Shown here in pieces: positions 27,049-40,063 of a stretch of DNA of 64,000 nt; the first letter of the stretch is position 1, and the number at the start of each line of letters is the position of its first letter. This stretch comes from Gordius albopunctatus. Taxonomy: Eukaryota. Under the pieces are notes generated by a model. It worked only from the letters and a program-made list of their open reading frames with translations, was not told the DNA's origin and searched no databases. The DNA is taken from assembly GCA_964276515.1 (NCBI GenBank), contig OZ193910.1, forward strand, positions 2,046,001 through 2,110,000, given 5' to 3'. The translations under genes were made by a program, and so were the position numbers.

Positions 27049-30000
27049 ATGTTTTTCAAACAATACTTCTTACTTTTTGCCCTTGTATTCGCTTTTAACC
27101 ACCTTGACAATATATTTTCGGGTAAATTATTTGTCTTTTTTAATATTATAAAAAATATTTTTATATATTATTTTTTAAGCTTTTTTGTGATATGGATTTA
27201 CTTAGCTTTAATTTCTATTTATATTATTAAAATCAAGAAAATTTTATAAGGTTTTTTTGATTTGGTAAAATCAAATTTTATATTAATATTTGTATTAGAA
27301 ATTCAACCCTTTCTCTATACATCGTCCAACTTAAAGCCCACAATTAATGCAAAATTAAATTTTACCATTGCTAAATATTTTGTATATAATAAAAACAATT
27401 TAATTAATATATATAATTTGCATTTTAATAATTGATCTAAAATTAATAAAATGTTACTTTGTGCTTTTAAAAATAGGGATTTTAAAGTTTTGATTAAATA
27501 TTAATTTAAATTTACGAGAAAAAACTAACACTTGTTTAAATTGAATTGGAATAAAAAAATCTATTGTCGCGTGAATCATATATCCTACCTATACTAATGG
27601 AATAATGGATTTTTTAAAAAACAAGTTAATTTTTTAATATAAGATTCGGTATTTTTGACAAGACATGTAAAAAACCTTAAAATTTTATAATTTTTCTTTT
27701 TTTAAATTAACGAAAAAATTATAACTATTGGTATTTTAATATAAAATCTGACAATTATCGTATCCTAGGTTCTTTCAAACTTAAAATTGCATGTCAAAAA
27801 ACGCCTAATTAAGGGTTAAATAAATAAGATCCGTTTAAAGAATTTGTGATTTGTTTTCAGTTTAAATATACATTTTTCAGACATATTAAAAAAATATTTT
27901 AATGATTTATAAAACTATAATCAAATTTTTATTTTGCAATTATTATTAATGATTAATTTCACAACTTAAGGCTTTTAATAATAATGGAGATAGCTATAAT
28001 ATCCAAGGTTATTAGTCTCATTAATAAAGTAATGAGGAACTTTAAAACTAAACGACTCCAAAATTAAATTATTAAAACATTAATTTTTTATAAAGTTCAA
28101 ATATTTGAATTTTCTAAAATAATGTAGACTGATATATAGTACAAGTTTTAAAAATAATCATTTAATACTTGAACAATATATCATTAAAAATAATTGTTAA
28201 GGTGATTCTAAGATATTGCCCCAATTAAATTTAGCTCAGAAATTTCATATTTATAAAATAATGAGTAGCCTATTAGTGAATTAATTGATGGATTTTGCAT
28301 TAAAGTCAAACAATCAAAATTTGTCCTTTGCTAATTGACATTTAAATATTGGATTGTAATGAGGAATTTTATGATGGCCTAATTAAAAATTTGGTAAGGT
28401 TCAGCATTAGGTAGGCTTTAATTCAAACTCATATGAAATATCAATTTTTTAATTAAATTTTATATATAATGGAAAAAAAATATTTTTTATACACACTAGA
28501 TTAGATATTTTCCAAATTAATATTGATTAAAATGAAAACCTATAAACGACCATGTAATAATAAAGTTTTTAAAAAAAAAGCTTATTAAAAAGTTTTAGAG
28601 TCTAATTAGTTTTAGTAGTTTCTTGAGGAGATTCCTATTCTCGTTATATTTGCCTAAATTGCAATTATTTTTGATTTTTAATTAAATATTATTTTAAATC
28701 TATAAAATCATTTTTGACACACTTAGAGGCCTTGAACCAGAAATTTATATTTTTTCAAAATTTTATTGAGATATAATATAATTAATAATGGCAAATATTA
28801 TGGCTGATTTTATGAAAAGTCACATTCCGAAAAGATAATGATTTAATTTGTATGAAAATTGGTTGATAATAAATGCATTAAAAAAATTTCTCTCCAATAT
28901 TAATCGCCCGGAGTTTCGCCTTGTTATATTAATGGTTAAATTACAAGGGTGAATATAAACATTTTTTTAGAAAATCATATAATTTTTATGTCTTTTACTT
29001 ATCATATTAATTTACTATTCTAATCAACTAGATGAACAAAGCAATGTTCAAAATATGGAGCCATCTATTAAAGTAATTAACAAATTATTAAAATTAATTC
29101 AAAAATATTTTATATATTATTTAATATTTTTGTAATAAAAATATATTAAAAATAACATTTTTAAATCATAAAAATTACTAGAATTTGGGCTTGAAGAATC
29201 AAATTAGCAATGTAGCCGGTTTAAGGATAAAAAGGAGAATCTTTTTACCTCAATTAGAGAGGGATTTAGAAGATTATACTAAAAATGAAAAGTCTGCTCA
29301 ATCTAGTAATATACCTTTAGCTTTAAGAGCAGCTCTTTTTCAAAGTTTATTAGGTAATAATATAATTAAGAATAAAAATTATTTCAACTAAATTTATTTA
29401 TTAATATATAAAAAATTTAAACTTTATTTAATAGTTTTTTTTTAAAAATGTTTTTTAGCTCAGTTAGATAGTAATGGGGGAATGGAGAAAAAAGAAGAGT
29501 TTGAAAAAAACCTAATGATGGATATGTATCTTTACCTTCAGACTAATTGCGATGCTTATTTGGCTTTAAAAAACTCAATGGGTTTATTTTTTATTTTCAT
29601 ATCTCTTTTTCAAATAAAACTTTATTTAAATTTTAAAAAACATTTACCATTATTTAAGCTGAGCATGGGCGATCCAAAAATTTGTTGAAATTTATTAAAA
29701 GCATGGCTAAAATTTGAAAAAATAATCATTTTGCCCTCCCTGAGACTTCATTGCCACCTTCTAATCTCAACGCTGGCTACGCTGATGAAGCTAAGCGCTT
29801 TTACATTAATCTTTAGTTTGTTAAATATTTAACGTTTAATGTTATTCTTTTAGATAACAAGTGCCCAAGAAAGTCAAAAGAGAGTGGTGATAAAGTTTAT
29901 AAAAGGGTATAAATACAAATTATTTATATATTTACAATTTTTCATTAATTTATCGTGTAGGAGAATGATTTTCAAGATGATGACTACTATTTCCAAACTG

Positions 30001-30529
30001 GTAAATTACAGTCATTTCAATATTTTATTTTTATTTTTTGAGGAAAAAAGTAGTTCTCTTTTTAACAATCAATTATTTAGCTCTCCTTACTCTTATTTAC
30101 TTAAATTTCCTTACATAATAGGGAAGGCAAAATAATGTTTTTATGGGCGGTGTAGTATGGCAGAAGCCAGCCGTGTTTAATAAGAGCTTTCAATCAATCA
30201 TTTTGACTGACATCTACACCGGTGGCCTGATCATTTTCCCCTTAAATCCATTTGCATTAAATAGTTTGTTGTCCTGTCCAGGTATTCGAGTTGTAAAAGC
30301 GGCTGGGTTCTGTTTGGTCGATTGGTTCAAGTAAGACTAACGGGCAACGCTGGTCTGTTTTTCAAATTTGGACTAAGGCTAGAGGTCGACTAAGAAAAAT
30401 TGACCAAACAACCCAGCCGTTTTTCCAACACTACCAGCCACGTCTTATGAATATTTTAACTGGTGCTTAGGGGTCTGGGCTTCTGAGGGAAAAAATTTGT
30501 TAAATCGACTTTATTATTTTATTTTGTAA
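27049..30529 (+). CDS. Unrecognised secreted protein, prohormone/neuropeptide-precursor-like; 8 supported exons plus an uncertain last exon
   Basis: Exons 27049-27121, 27299-27381, 27971-28007, 29032-29072, 29182-29353, 29459-29581, 29854-29906, 29961-30000 join through GT-AG introns in one stop-free frame of about 207 codons. Hydrophobic N-terminus MFFKQYFLLFALVFAF; basic sites RIKRR, RK, KR. Last exon possibly 30471-30529. Confidence 0.65.
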
Positions 30530-31046
30530 TGGAAGATAAAAGATTTTATTTGCCCAAAATTGGACAAATTCAATCCAAACTCAAGAGTCAAAATAATGAA
30601 TGGATCAAACGTTATTACCTACCCAAGTTGCATAAACCTGGAAAAGGGAAAAATTAAGACCGCAGCATTGCTTAAACATTATTTTAGCTCTGTATTTTCA
30701 GAATTCATTTCATTTCTACATTTATCTATGATTATGTTGTGAATTTACATGTAATTTGGTATTGTATCGTCTCAACCAACATATCTACCCTATGTGATGT
30801 CCATCAATAACATATCTTATATATAAAAATGAAACTATGTGTGTGTGTATTATAGGTGTGCACGGATCAAATTTTATATCAGATCCGATCCGAGTTTTTT
30901 AAATCTAAATCCGGTCCGAAATTTTTTAATTAAAATTTTACGAACAGAACTTTTTATTGATGATTAAATTTAAAATACATAAAAATAAGGTATAGCAATT
31001 TTAATAGACCTGAAATAAATAAAAAAGTTTATTTGACTGATTCCAT

Positions 31047-31330
31047 ATCTTATATATAAAAATGAAACTATGTGTATATGTATGTATGGCGCTACAAATT
31101 TTGGAGAACTACCAGACCGATTTGGCTCAAACTTTCACAGTTTATTCCCCACACTCCGGAGCATGTTTTAAGATATGTTCGAGCCAAATCGGTCCATTAG
31201 TTTTCGAGCTATTTTATTTTATATGTTTTGCCGTTTAATAAAACGTCAATCAAACGCAACCTCATGACGTACTGCCTGTAGTTAATGTAGTGTGATAAAT
31301 GTAGACATGTGCTGCGGAAAATGGAAACTT
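31047..31330 (+). mobile_element. 5' portion of a non-autonomous Helitron-like element (start duplicated near 30814)
   Basis: A|TCTTATATATATAAAAATGAAAC followed by (TATG)n and ...CCGATTTGGCTCAAACTTT; no 3' CTRR end found. Confidence 0.45.
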
Positions 31331-31833
31331 TTTACGATTTGAAACATTAAATCAAAGCATGGGCGTACGCACGTTTTGAATTAGGGGGGTGGGCAGATTT
31401 TTAAAAATATTTTTCTCGACTATCCAAAAATTTTCATGAGAGCAAAAAAAGGTCTTCGACTACTAAATTCCTAAATTTTTCCTGCGACCTGCAGGGGGTA
31501 GCCGCCCTCCCTGCCTGTTCCTGACTAATTGGGGGGGGGGGGGGCAAAACATAATTTTTAAAGGTTTTTGTATTGAAAAATTATTTTTCCTTCTGGGTAC
31601 GCCCATGAATCATACTCATTTTTTTGCTTATTTTTCACGTCCATTATTATTATTATATGACGATCATGTCTCCTCCTGCGTGGCTAAATAAATTAAAAAA
31701 TCTAATTTTGTCATTTTTTGCGCATTAAATAAAGAGAAAAATGAAAATACAATTAACAAAATGCCAATAAATGTTGATATATCTCAGTTCTTCGGATATT
31801 ATTAAGTTCAGAATTAAAAGTTTTATTCAGAAA

Positions 31834-33660
31834 GAAAGAAAAATCTGTATAGACGGTGGCATAAATCAAAAAAGTCGGAGGATTTTCAAGAGTACAGGGA
31901 CGCAAAGAGGGCCGCTGCAAAAGCGAAGAATGCCGCGTACACCGAGATGGCAAACAAACTGCATCATAAAGGGGACGATAGGCTTATGTACAAATTGGCC
32001 AAGATAAGGGAGAAGAAAAGTCGCGATGTCGGAGTTCCTAAAATAGTCAAAAGCGAGAAAGGTCAAACCTTATTCAAGCCGAAGGAAGTGATGGAAAGGA
32101 TATTTTAAGAAACTTATGAATATTGCAAATGACAAGGATTCCCTTCCCGAAATTGAGCCAAATATAAGTATGGTCTAACTCTTTCAGGAGGATGAAGTTA
32201 GGACACAAATGAACAAGATGCAAAAAGGAAAAGCAAATGGTCCAGATGGAATATCTATGGATGCATTGCTCGGATGTCGTGAAGAAGGAGTCACCACCAT
32301 GACGAACCTCCTTAACAAGATATTGGTAGAAGAGCGAATCCCTAATCAATGGAGAGCAAGCACGATTATACCATTATTTAAATGCAAATGAGACCCTCAG
32401 GACTGCGGCAATTACAGAGGTATCAAGCTAACTTGCCACTCCTTGAAGCTTTTGGAAAGGATCTTAGTAACAAGGCTCAAAAGCGAGATGGAAATATCGG
32501 CTAATCAATTCGGATTCGTGGCCGGCAAATCCACAATCGACCCAATCTTCGCCCTAAGACAAATTATGGATGAGTATGGTGAAAAGAGGAAAGACCTACA
32601 TATGGTTTTTATCGACTTGGAGAAAGCTTATGACACGGTCCCCGCGATTTAATATGGTGGTGTCTGAGGAAATAAATTATACCTGACGCATATATACGGC
32701 TTATGAAAAATATTTATGAAGCTTCAAACTCTTACGTTAGGACGACAGTTGGAGACTCTAAACCTTTTCGGGTTAATATTGGATTACATCAAGGCTCTGC
32801 TTTAAGTCCCTTTTTATTTAATATAATTATAGACACGATAACGAGGGACATTCAAAAGCCATCGCCATGGTGTATGCTATATGCCGATGATATAGTACTA
32901 TGCGAGGAAACAAGGAAATTCAAAGAAGCCGAAAAGTGGTCAAAGCGCTTAGCTGGATATGGTTTAAAGGTCAACGATCGAAAAACGGTATACATGGAAA
33001 TGAAAGGTACAGGCACCCCATCCTTGGATGACCATCTAAAGTACCCAAAAGTAGACATGTTCACATAAATCGGCTGGATGCTACATCAAGAGGGAGGTTG
33101 CGCAACAGAAGTCAATGCCCAGATCCAAAAAGGATGGCTTAAATGGCGAAGTATATCCGGTGTAATGTGCGACAAGAAAATGCCAATATGGTTGAAGAGC
33201 AAAGCTTACAAATCCATCGTAAGACCGGTGTTACTCTATGGAAGTGAAACATGGGCATTAAACACCACGGAAGGAAAGCTATTACAAGCCACGGAGATGA
33301 GAATGATACGGTGGAGCTTGGGGTATACTAAGCTCGACCATATGACGAATGACTTTCTCATGACAAAAATGGGTATTCAACCTATGGCGGACATGATTAA
33401 CGAAAATCTGGTAAGGTGGTATGGGGGGCATATACTAAGGAGGGATACGGATGACGTAAATCGAAAAGTACTGGACATGGAGGTACCGGGGAATAGAGGA
33501 AGAGGACGACCGCGTGTCGCGTGGAAAGGGCAATTCGATAAAGTTATGGAAACTAAAGAGATTAGTCAAGACGTGGCACTCACCCGGTCAAGATGGAAGA
33601 AACTTATCAAAACAAACCCCACCAATGTGGGACCAAATAACTGATAAAGAAGAAGAAGAG
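31834..33660 (+). mobile_element. 5'-truncated RTE-clade LINE, disrupted
   Basis: RT motifs QFGF, FIDLEKAYD, GLHQGSALSP, YADD; C-terminal RGRGRP; (GAA)n tail; 9-bp TSD ATTCAGAAA at 31825-31833 and 33661-33669. Confidence 0.92.
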
Positions 33661-33819
33661 ATTCAGAAACAAATAATTATGATATTGTTTTTTAATTACA
33701 AAAAATTTAAAAAAATGGTTTGAAGGGCCAGGGGGCCAGGTTTTCTCTCTTGGGTGGGCCTTGGACCATCTTTAACTATTTGTTTAAAAATTTTTGCATA
33801 ATAAATATTCTTAATCTAT

Positions 33820-34410
33820 AATATAGTCCGCAAATCTTTTATTTTGACAAAGTCATCTGCTGTCCAGAGGTCGAGAGTGGCTGAACATGATTTTGCTTTT
33901 AAATAGGGGAGTAACGTTAATATTAATGCTTCTCTAATTACTACATCTGCAAGTTTTGTAGTCCCATCTGAAAGTAATTCATCAACGTTTATATGACCAT
34001 GAATGGCACCAATATTCAGAGCTTCTTGGAGCATTGCTCTAAATTCTTCCCCGTTAACTATTGAAAACGGTCGAATATCTTTTGAAATAAAATAAATTAG
34101 ATGCTTTTCAAATTCTTTTTTTTTTTTAATTTTGTGATTTCAGCGAGAGATTTGGTAAAACATTTGTCAATTGTATTTTTAGCTAAGTTTTTGGAATACA
34201 TTTATGATGCAAAAGATGGGAACTACCTCGAATGGAATTATATACGTCTAGATATGATGACATTTCTTGCAGATAACATAACCGGTTTATGGATCATTTT
34301 CATTTAGAAGGTCAAAGTAACTCCAAATTTGACTTTTTCCGTCTTCTTTTAAACTTGTTGAAGCATATTTCTTTTAAATTTCTTTATTATTTCTTCCATG
34401 ACGCTTTTTA
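33820..34410 (-). pseudogene. hAT (Hermes-like) transposase fragment, left arm
   Basis: KDIRPFSIVNGEEFRAML and SATLDLWT motifs. Confidence 0.7.
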
Positions 34411-34602
34411 ATATGATAAACAATATTGTTGTATTTGCTAGGTGTTATTTTTTCCCCTCAAGTCACCATGACTCACACCATCTCGTCAACGAAAATACCT
34501 CTGCACAATAGAGATTGCTTCTAAGAAGGCAAGCTAATTAGAGACTAATTTGTAATATATATATCCCTATCTTTTTTAGAATGTGATTCGAAAATAATAA
34601 CA

Positions 34603-34645
34603 GATATATAACGTTTTCGCTCTTATTAGAGCTCATCAGTATGCC
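34603..34645 (-). ncRNA. Minimal type I hammerhead ribozyme, copy A
   Basis: Reverse complement reads GGCATA-CTGATGA-GCTCT-AATA-AGAGC-GAAA-ACGT-TA-TATATC; one stem I mismatch. Confidence 0.75.
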
Positions 34646-34812
34646 ATAGCGAATTAATTTTCTAATCACACACTAAGCGCGAGATAGGTATAGAAAACTT
34701 TTAATTTAATTGCGGCACTCCTGAAAGGGGTTATTATTATCCTCTGATTATTATCAAAAAACCCTCAATTTAATATGTATTTCTAACTATTTATACGTAT
34801 ATATCTTTTTAG

Positions 34813-36054
34813 GCTTAACACTCATGCGAGATTGAGTGCAGACATTGTTAACACACAAGATATTAGTTTAAGCATCAAAATAGCGTCTATCATTAATAAA
34901 TATAACAAAAATTACGTATTTTCACCATTCAAACATAAAACTGCCAACAACATTTACTACGCAGCGGGAAGAAGAGATGAAACCTGCCCGCTGAACTAGG
35001 AAATTTTTTGCAGCAATCTTTCAACCACGATTACATTAAAAGGGAGTCAGGCTTTTTAGGCAAATATCAAGACTACAAAAACGATGCAACCGAAATCAAA
35101 ATTTTAAATGAGCTATTTGTCAATAATAGAACGACAACTATAAATCCTATTTATACTAAGGCCGTACAGAGAATATTTGGGGCCTTGGTGACCCCGGTCA
35201 GTTACAATTCACCAGATCTAATTATTAAAGACATCCGAGCTAAAGTTGCTAACGCTACCAATAACAAAATTCAGAATTTATTCTCCCCCGGAGATATTAA
35301 AAGAAAAATTCTTATAGCTTCTGTCAGCACTCTCTATTTTAAAGGGCTGTGGAAACTTCCGTTCGATAAGAAGTAATTTTTAGCCCTTTTACATTTTTTA
35401 ATTATTTTTTGAAGTTTAACGACAGAGGAAATTTTTAATACAGAAGACGGTCGAGGTGTATTAACACCCATGATGAATATTGCTGAGATTTAGTTTGAAC
35501 AATATACAGACTTTGAAAATTCTGCTAATTTTTTGATTTTAAATCACCAGGAAACCAACTTTAAAATGGTGCTGATTCGTCTCACTTCGGATTCAACGTT
35601 GCAAGGATTTGAAGCGAAGCTTTTTAAAGATCTTAATATACAAGTAAATGCACTTAAAAAAGATATCTTAGAAAGTTCTACCATATATATACATCTGATG
35701 GATCGTAAAACAAACTTGCAGATGAACACGATACTTTCGAATTCTAATCTAAGTTGCATCTTCAAGTAACTATCGATATATATTTGGAGATAAATTTTAA
35801 CGTACATATTTGAATTATGCATCGTTCACTGTCATGGTTTGAACAATATTGTCAATTCAAGAGCCCTGTCGCTGGATGAAATGGTTCACAAAGTCAATTT
35901 TCAAATGAACGAAGAAGGGAGTGAAGGGGCAGCAGCCACTGGTGGAACTGGCCAGTATAAAATGGACGACCAAATGTTTTTCGATAGGCCGTTTTTACAT
36001 TTACTCATCAAAGCTGAGTCTTATTTTGGGGGAGATAACCTGCCATTAACATAG
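34813..36054 (+). pseudogene. Serpin pseudogene copy 1, with reactive-centre-loop exon
   Basis: NYVFSPF, NATNNKIQNL, LYFKGLWKLPFD, TPMM, hinge MNEEGSEGAAAT, FFDRPFL. Frameshift near 34985, TAG at 35491, 42-nt intron 35373-35414. Confidence 0.85.
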
Positions 36055-36763
36055 TCCAGCCCGAAGCCCCCGAACCGACTCAACAAGACCGCATCGAGGA
36101 GGTCTACGATAAGTCAAGAAAGCTGAAAGAATTAATAGCCACCTTCCCGACAAAAGTGTCGGCCTGGAATATTACTATTTATATCGGTAATTTTACTTGA
36201 AGATGCAACTTAGATTAGAATTTGTAAGTATCGTCTTCATTTGTAAGTTTGTTTTACGATCTATCAGGGGTAGGGATATGTTAAGAAGACTTTCTGTGTA
36301 AGCTTTCTTGAGTGCATTCACTAGTATATTAGAATCATTAAAAAGCTTTGCTTTTAAATCTTTTAACGTTGATTTGTAAGCGGGAAGAATTAGGACAGTT
36401 TTGAAATTGGTCTCTTTATGGTTCAAAATCAAGAAATGGGCTAAATTTTTGCGATCTGCATGTATTTAAACATATATAACAGCATTCATCATGAGTGTAC
36501 AGACTTTACGACCGTCTTCTGTATGAAAAATTTCCTCTGTCGTTAAACTTCAAAAAATAATTAAAAAATATAAAAGGGCTAAAAATTACTTCTTATCAAA
36601 TGGAAGTTCCCACAGCCCTTTAAGATAGAGAGTGCTGACAGAAGCTATAAGAATTTTTCTTTTATTATCTCCGGGGGAGAATAAATTCTGAATTTTGTTA
36701 TTGGTAGCGTTAGCAACTTTAGCTCGGATGTCTTTAATAATTAGATCTGGTGAATTGTAACTG

Positions 36764-36963
36764 NNNNNNNNNNNNNNNNNNNNNNNNNNNNNNNNNNNNN
36801 NNNNNNNNNNNNNNNNNNNNNNNNNNNNNNNNNNNNNNNNNNNNNNNNNNNNNNNNNNNNNNNNNNNNNNNNNNNNNNNNNNNNNNNNNNNNNNNNNNNN
36901 NNNNNNNNNNNNNNNNNNNNNNNNNNNNNNNNNNNNNNNNNNNNNNNNNNNNNNNNNNNNNNN
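36764..36963. other. Assembly gap (200 N)
   Basis: Run of N. Confidence 1.
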
Positions 36964-38585
36964 AAATCCTATTTATACTAAGGCCGTACAGAGAATATTT
37001 GGGGCCTTGGTGACCCCGGTCAGTTACAATTCACCAGATCTAATTATTAAAGACATCCGAGCTAAAGTTGCTAACGCTACCAATAACAAAATTCAGAATT
37101 TATTCTCCCCCGGAGATATTAAAAGAAAAATTCTTATAGCTTCTGTCAGCACTCTCTATTTTAAAGGGCTGTGGAAACTTCCGTTCGATAAGAAGTAATT
37201 TTTAGCCCTTTTACATTTTTTAATTATTTTTTGAAGTTTAACGACAGAGGAAATTTTTAATACAGAAGACGGTCGAGGTGTATTAACACCCATGATGAAT
37301 ATTGCTGAGATTTAGTTTGAACAATATACAGACTTTGAAAATTCTGCTAATTTTTTGATTTTAAATCACCAGGAAACCAACTTTAAAATGGTGCTGATTC
37401 GTCTCACTTCGGATTCAACGTTGCAAGGATTTGAAGCGAAGCTTTTTAAAGATCTTAATATACAAGTAAATGCACTTAAAAAAGATATCTTAGAAAGTTC
37501 TACCATATATATACATCTGATGGATCGTAAAACAAACTTGCAGATGAACACGATACTTTCGAATTCTAATCTAAGTTGCATCTTCAAGTAACTATCGATA
37601 TATATTTGGAGATAAATTTTAACGTACATATTTGAATTATGCATCGTTCACTGTCATGGTTTGAACAATATTGTCAATTCAAGAGCCCTGTCGCTGGATG
37701 AAATGGTTCACAAAGTCAATTTTCAAATGAACGAAGAAGGGAGTGAAGGGGCAGCAGCCACTGGTGGAACTGGCCAGTATAAAATGGACGACCAAATGTT
37801 TTTCGATAGGCCGTTTTTACATTTACTCATCAAAGCTGAGTCTTATTTTGGGGGAGATAACCTGCCATTAACATAGTCCAGCCCGAAGCCCCCGAACCGA
37901 CTCAACAAGACCGCATCGAGGAGGTCTACGATAAGTCAAGAAAGCTGAAAGAATTAATAGCCACCTTCCCGACAAAAGTGTCGGCCTGGAATATTACTAT
38001 TTATATCGGTAATTTTACTTGAAGATGCAACTTAGATTAGAATTTGTAAGTATCGTCTTCATTTGTAAGTTTGTTTTACGATCTATCAGGGGTAGGGATA
38101 TGTTAAGAAGACTTTCTGTGTAAGCTTTCTTGAGTGCATTCACTAGTATATTAGAATCATTAAAAAGCTTTGCTTTTAAATCTTTTAACGTTGATTTGTA
38201 AGCGGGAAGAATTAGGACAGTTTTGAAATTGGTCTCTTTATGGTTCAAAATCAAGAAATGGGCTAAATTTTTGCGATCTGCATGTATTTAAACATATATA
38301 ACAGCATTCATCATGAGTGTACAGACTTTACGACCGTCTTCTGTATGAAAAATTTCCTCTGTCGTTAAACTTCAAAAAATAATTAAAAAATATAAAAGGG
38401 CTAAAAATTACTTCTTATCAAATGGAAGTTCCCACAGCCCTTTAAGATAGAGAGTGCTGACAGAAGCTATAAGAATTTTTCTTTTAATATCTCCGGGGGA
38501 GAATAAATTCTGAATTTTGTTATTGGTAGCGTTAGCAACTTTAGCTCGGATGTCTTTAATAATTAGATCTGGTGAATTGTAACTG
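36964..38585 (+). repeat. Near-identical direct copy of 35142-36763 across the gap (offset 1822); probably an uncollapsed contig overlap
   Basis: Identical ORFs repeated at +1822; both copies end exactly at the gap. Confidence 0.85.
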
Positions 38586-38970
38586 ACCGGGTCACCAAGG
38601 CCCCAAATATTCTCTGTACGGCCTTAGTATAAATAGGATTTATAGTTGTCGTTCTATTATTGACAAATAGCTCATTTAAAATTTTGATTTCGGTTGCATC
38701 GTTTTTGTAGTCTTGATATTTGCCTAAAAAGCCTGACTCCCTTTTAATGTAATCGTGGTTGAAAGATTGCTGCAAAAAATTTCCTAGTTCAGCGGGCAGG
38801 TTTCATCTCTTCTTCCCGCTGCGTAGTAAATGTTGTTGGCAGTTTTATGTTTGAATGGTGAAAATACGTAATTTTTGTTATATTTATTAATGATAGACGC
38901 TATTTTGATGCTTAAACTAATATCTTGTGTGTTAACAATGTCTGCACTCAATCTCGCATGAGTGTTAAGC
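38015..38970 (-). pseudogene. Serpin pseudogene copy 2 (inverted, lacks RCL exon; 3' part repeated at 36193-36763)
   Basis: Same 5' exon as copy 1 plus a 1-bp deletion near 38588; diverged second exon with in-frame TAA; homology ends after ...LSCIFK. Confidence 0.8.
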
Positions 38971-39137
38971 CTAAAAAGATATATACGTATAAATAGTTAG
39001 AAATACATATTAAATTGAGGGTTTTTTGATAATAATCAGAGGATAATAATAACCCCTTTCAGGAGTGCCGCAATTAAATTAAAAGTTTTCTATACCTATC
39101 TCGCGCTTAGTGTGTGATTAGAAAATTAATTCGCTAT

Positions 39138-39180
39138 GGCATACTGATGAGCTCTAATAAGAGCGAAAACGTTATATATC
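39138..39180 (+). ncRNA. Minimal type I hammerhead ribozyme, copy B
   Basis: CTGATGA, stem II GCTCT/AGAGC, GAAA, palindromic AACGTT stem III, UUA cleavage triplet; one stem I mismatch. Confidence 0.75.
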
Positions 39181-39374
39181 TGTTATTATTTTCGAATCAC
39201 ATTCTAAAAAAGATAGGGATATATATATTACAAATTAGTCTCTAATTAGCTTGCCTTCTTAGAAGCAATCTCTATTGTGCAGAGGTATTTTCGTTGACGA
39301 GATGGTGTGAGTCATGGTGACTTGAGGGGAAAAAATAACACCTAGCAAATACAACAATATTGTTTATCATATTA

Positions 39375-39986
39375 AAAAGCGTCATGGAAGAAATAATAAA
39401 GAAATTTAAAAGAAATATGCTTCAACAAGTTTAAAAGAAGACGGAAAAAGTCAAATTTGGAGTTACTTTGACCTTCTAAATGAAAATGATACATAAACCG
39501 TTCTAAATGAAAATGATACATAAACCGGTTGTTATCTGCAAGAAATGTCATCATATCTAGACGTATATAATTCCATTCGAGGTAGCTCCCATCTTTTGCA
39601 TCATAAATGTATTCCAAAAACTTAGCTAAAAATACAATTGACAAATGTGTTACCAAATCTCTCGCTGAAATCACAAAATTAAAAAAAAAAGAATTTGAAA
39701 AGCATCTAATTTATTTTATTTCAAAAGATATTCGACCGTTTTCAATAGTTAACGGGGAAGAATTTAGAGCAATGCTCCAAGAAGCTCTGAATATTGGTGC
39801 CATTCATGGTCATATAAACGTTGATGAATTACTTTCAGATAGGACTACAAAACTTGCAGATGTAGTAAGTAGAGAAGCATTAATATTAAAGTTACTCCCC
39901 AATTTAAAAGCAAAATCATGTTCAGCCACTCTCGACCTCTGGGCAGCAGATGACTTTGTCAAAATAAAAGATTTGCGGACTATATT
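39375..39986 (+). pseudogene. hAT (Hermes-like) transposase fragment, right arm
   Basis: ORF 39607-39993 with ISKDIRPFSIVNGEEFRAML and SATLDLW. Confidence 0.7.
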
Positions 39987-40020
39987 CGCTTAGTGTGTGA
40001 TTAGAAAATTAATTAACTAT

Positions 40021-40063
40021 GGCATACTGATGAGCTCTAATAAGAGCGAAAACGTTATATGTC
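40021..40063 (+). ncRNA. Minimal type I hammerhead ribozyme, copy C (best formed)
   Basis: GGCATA pairs with TATGTC (one G-U); full core CUGAUGA, GAAA, UA; predicted cleavage after 40057. Confidence 0.82.

Larger units (their letters stand above)
33820..39986. repeat. Large inverted duplication: left arm 33820 to ~35782, right arm ~38002-39986 (inner part also at 36180-36763)
   Basis: Reverse-complement match of the hAT fragment, hammerhead repeat and serpin exons; the arms differ by substitutions and a ~27-bp tandem duplication at 39473-39527. Confidence 0.92.
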
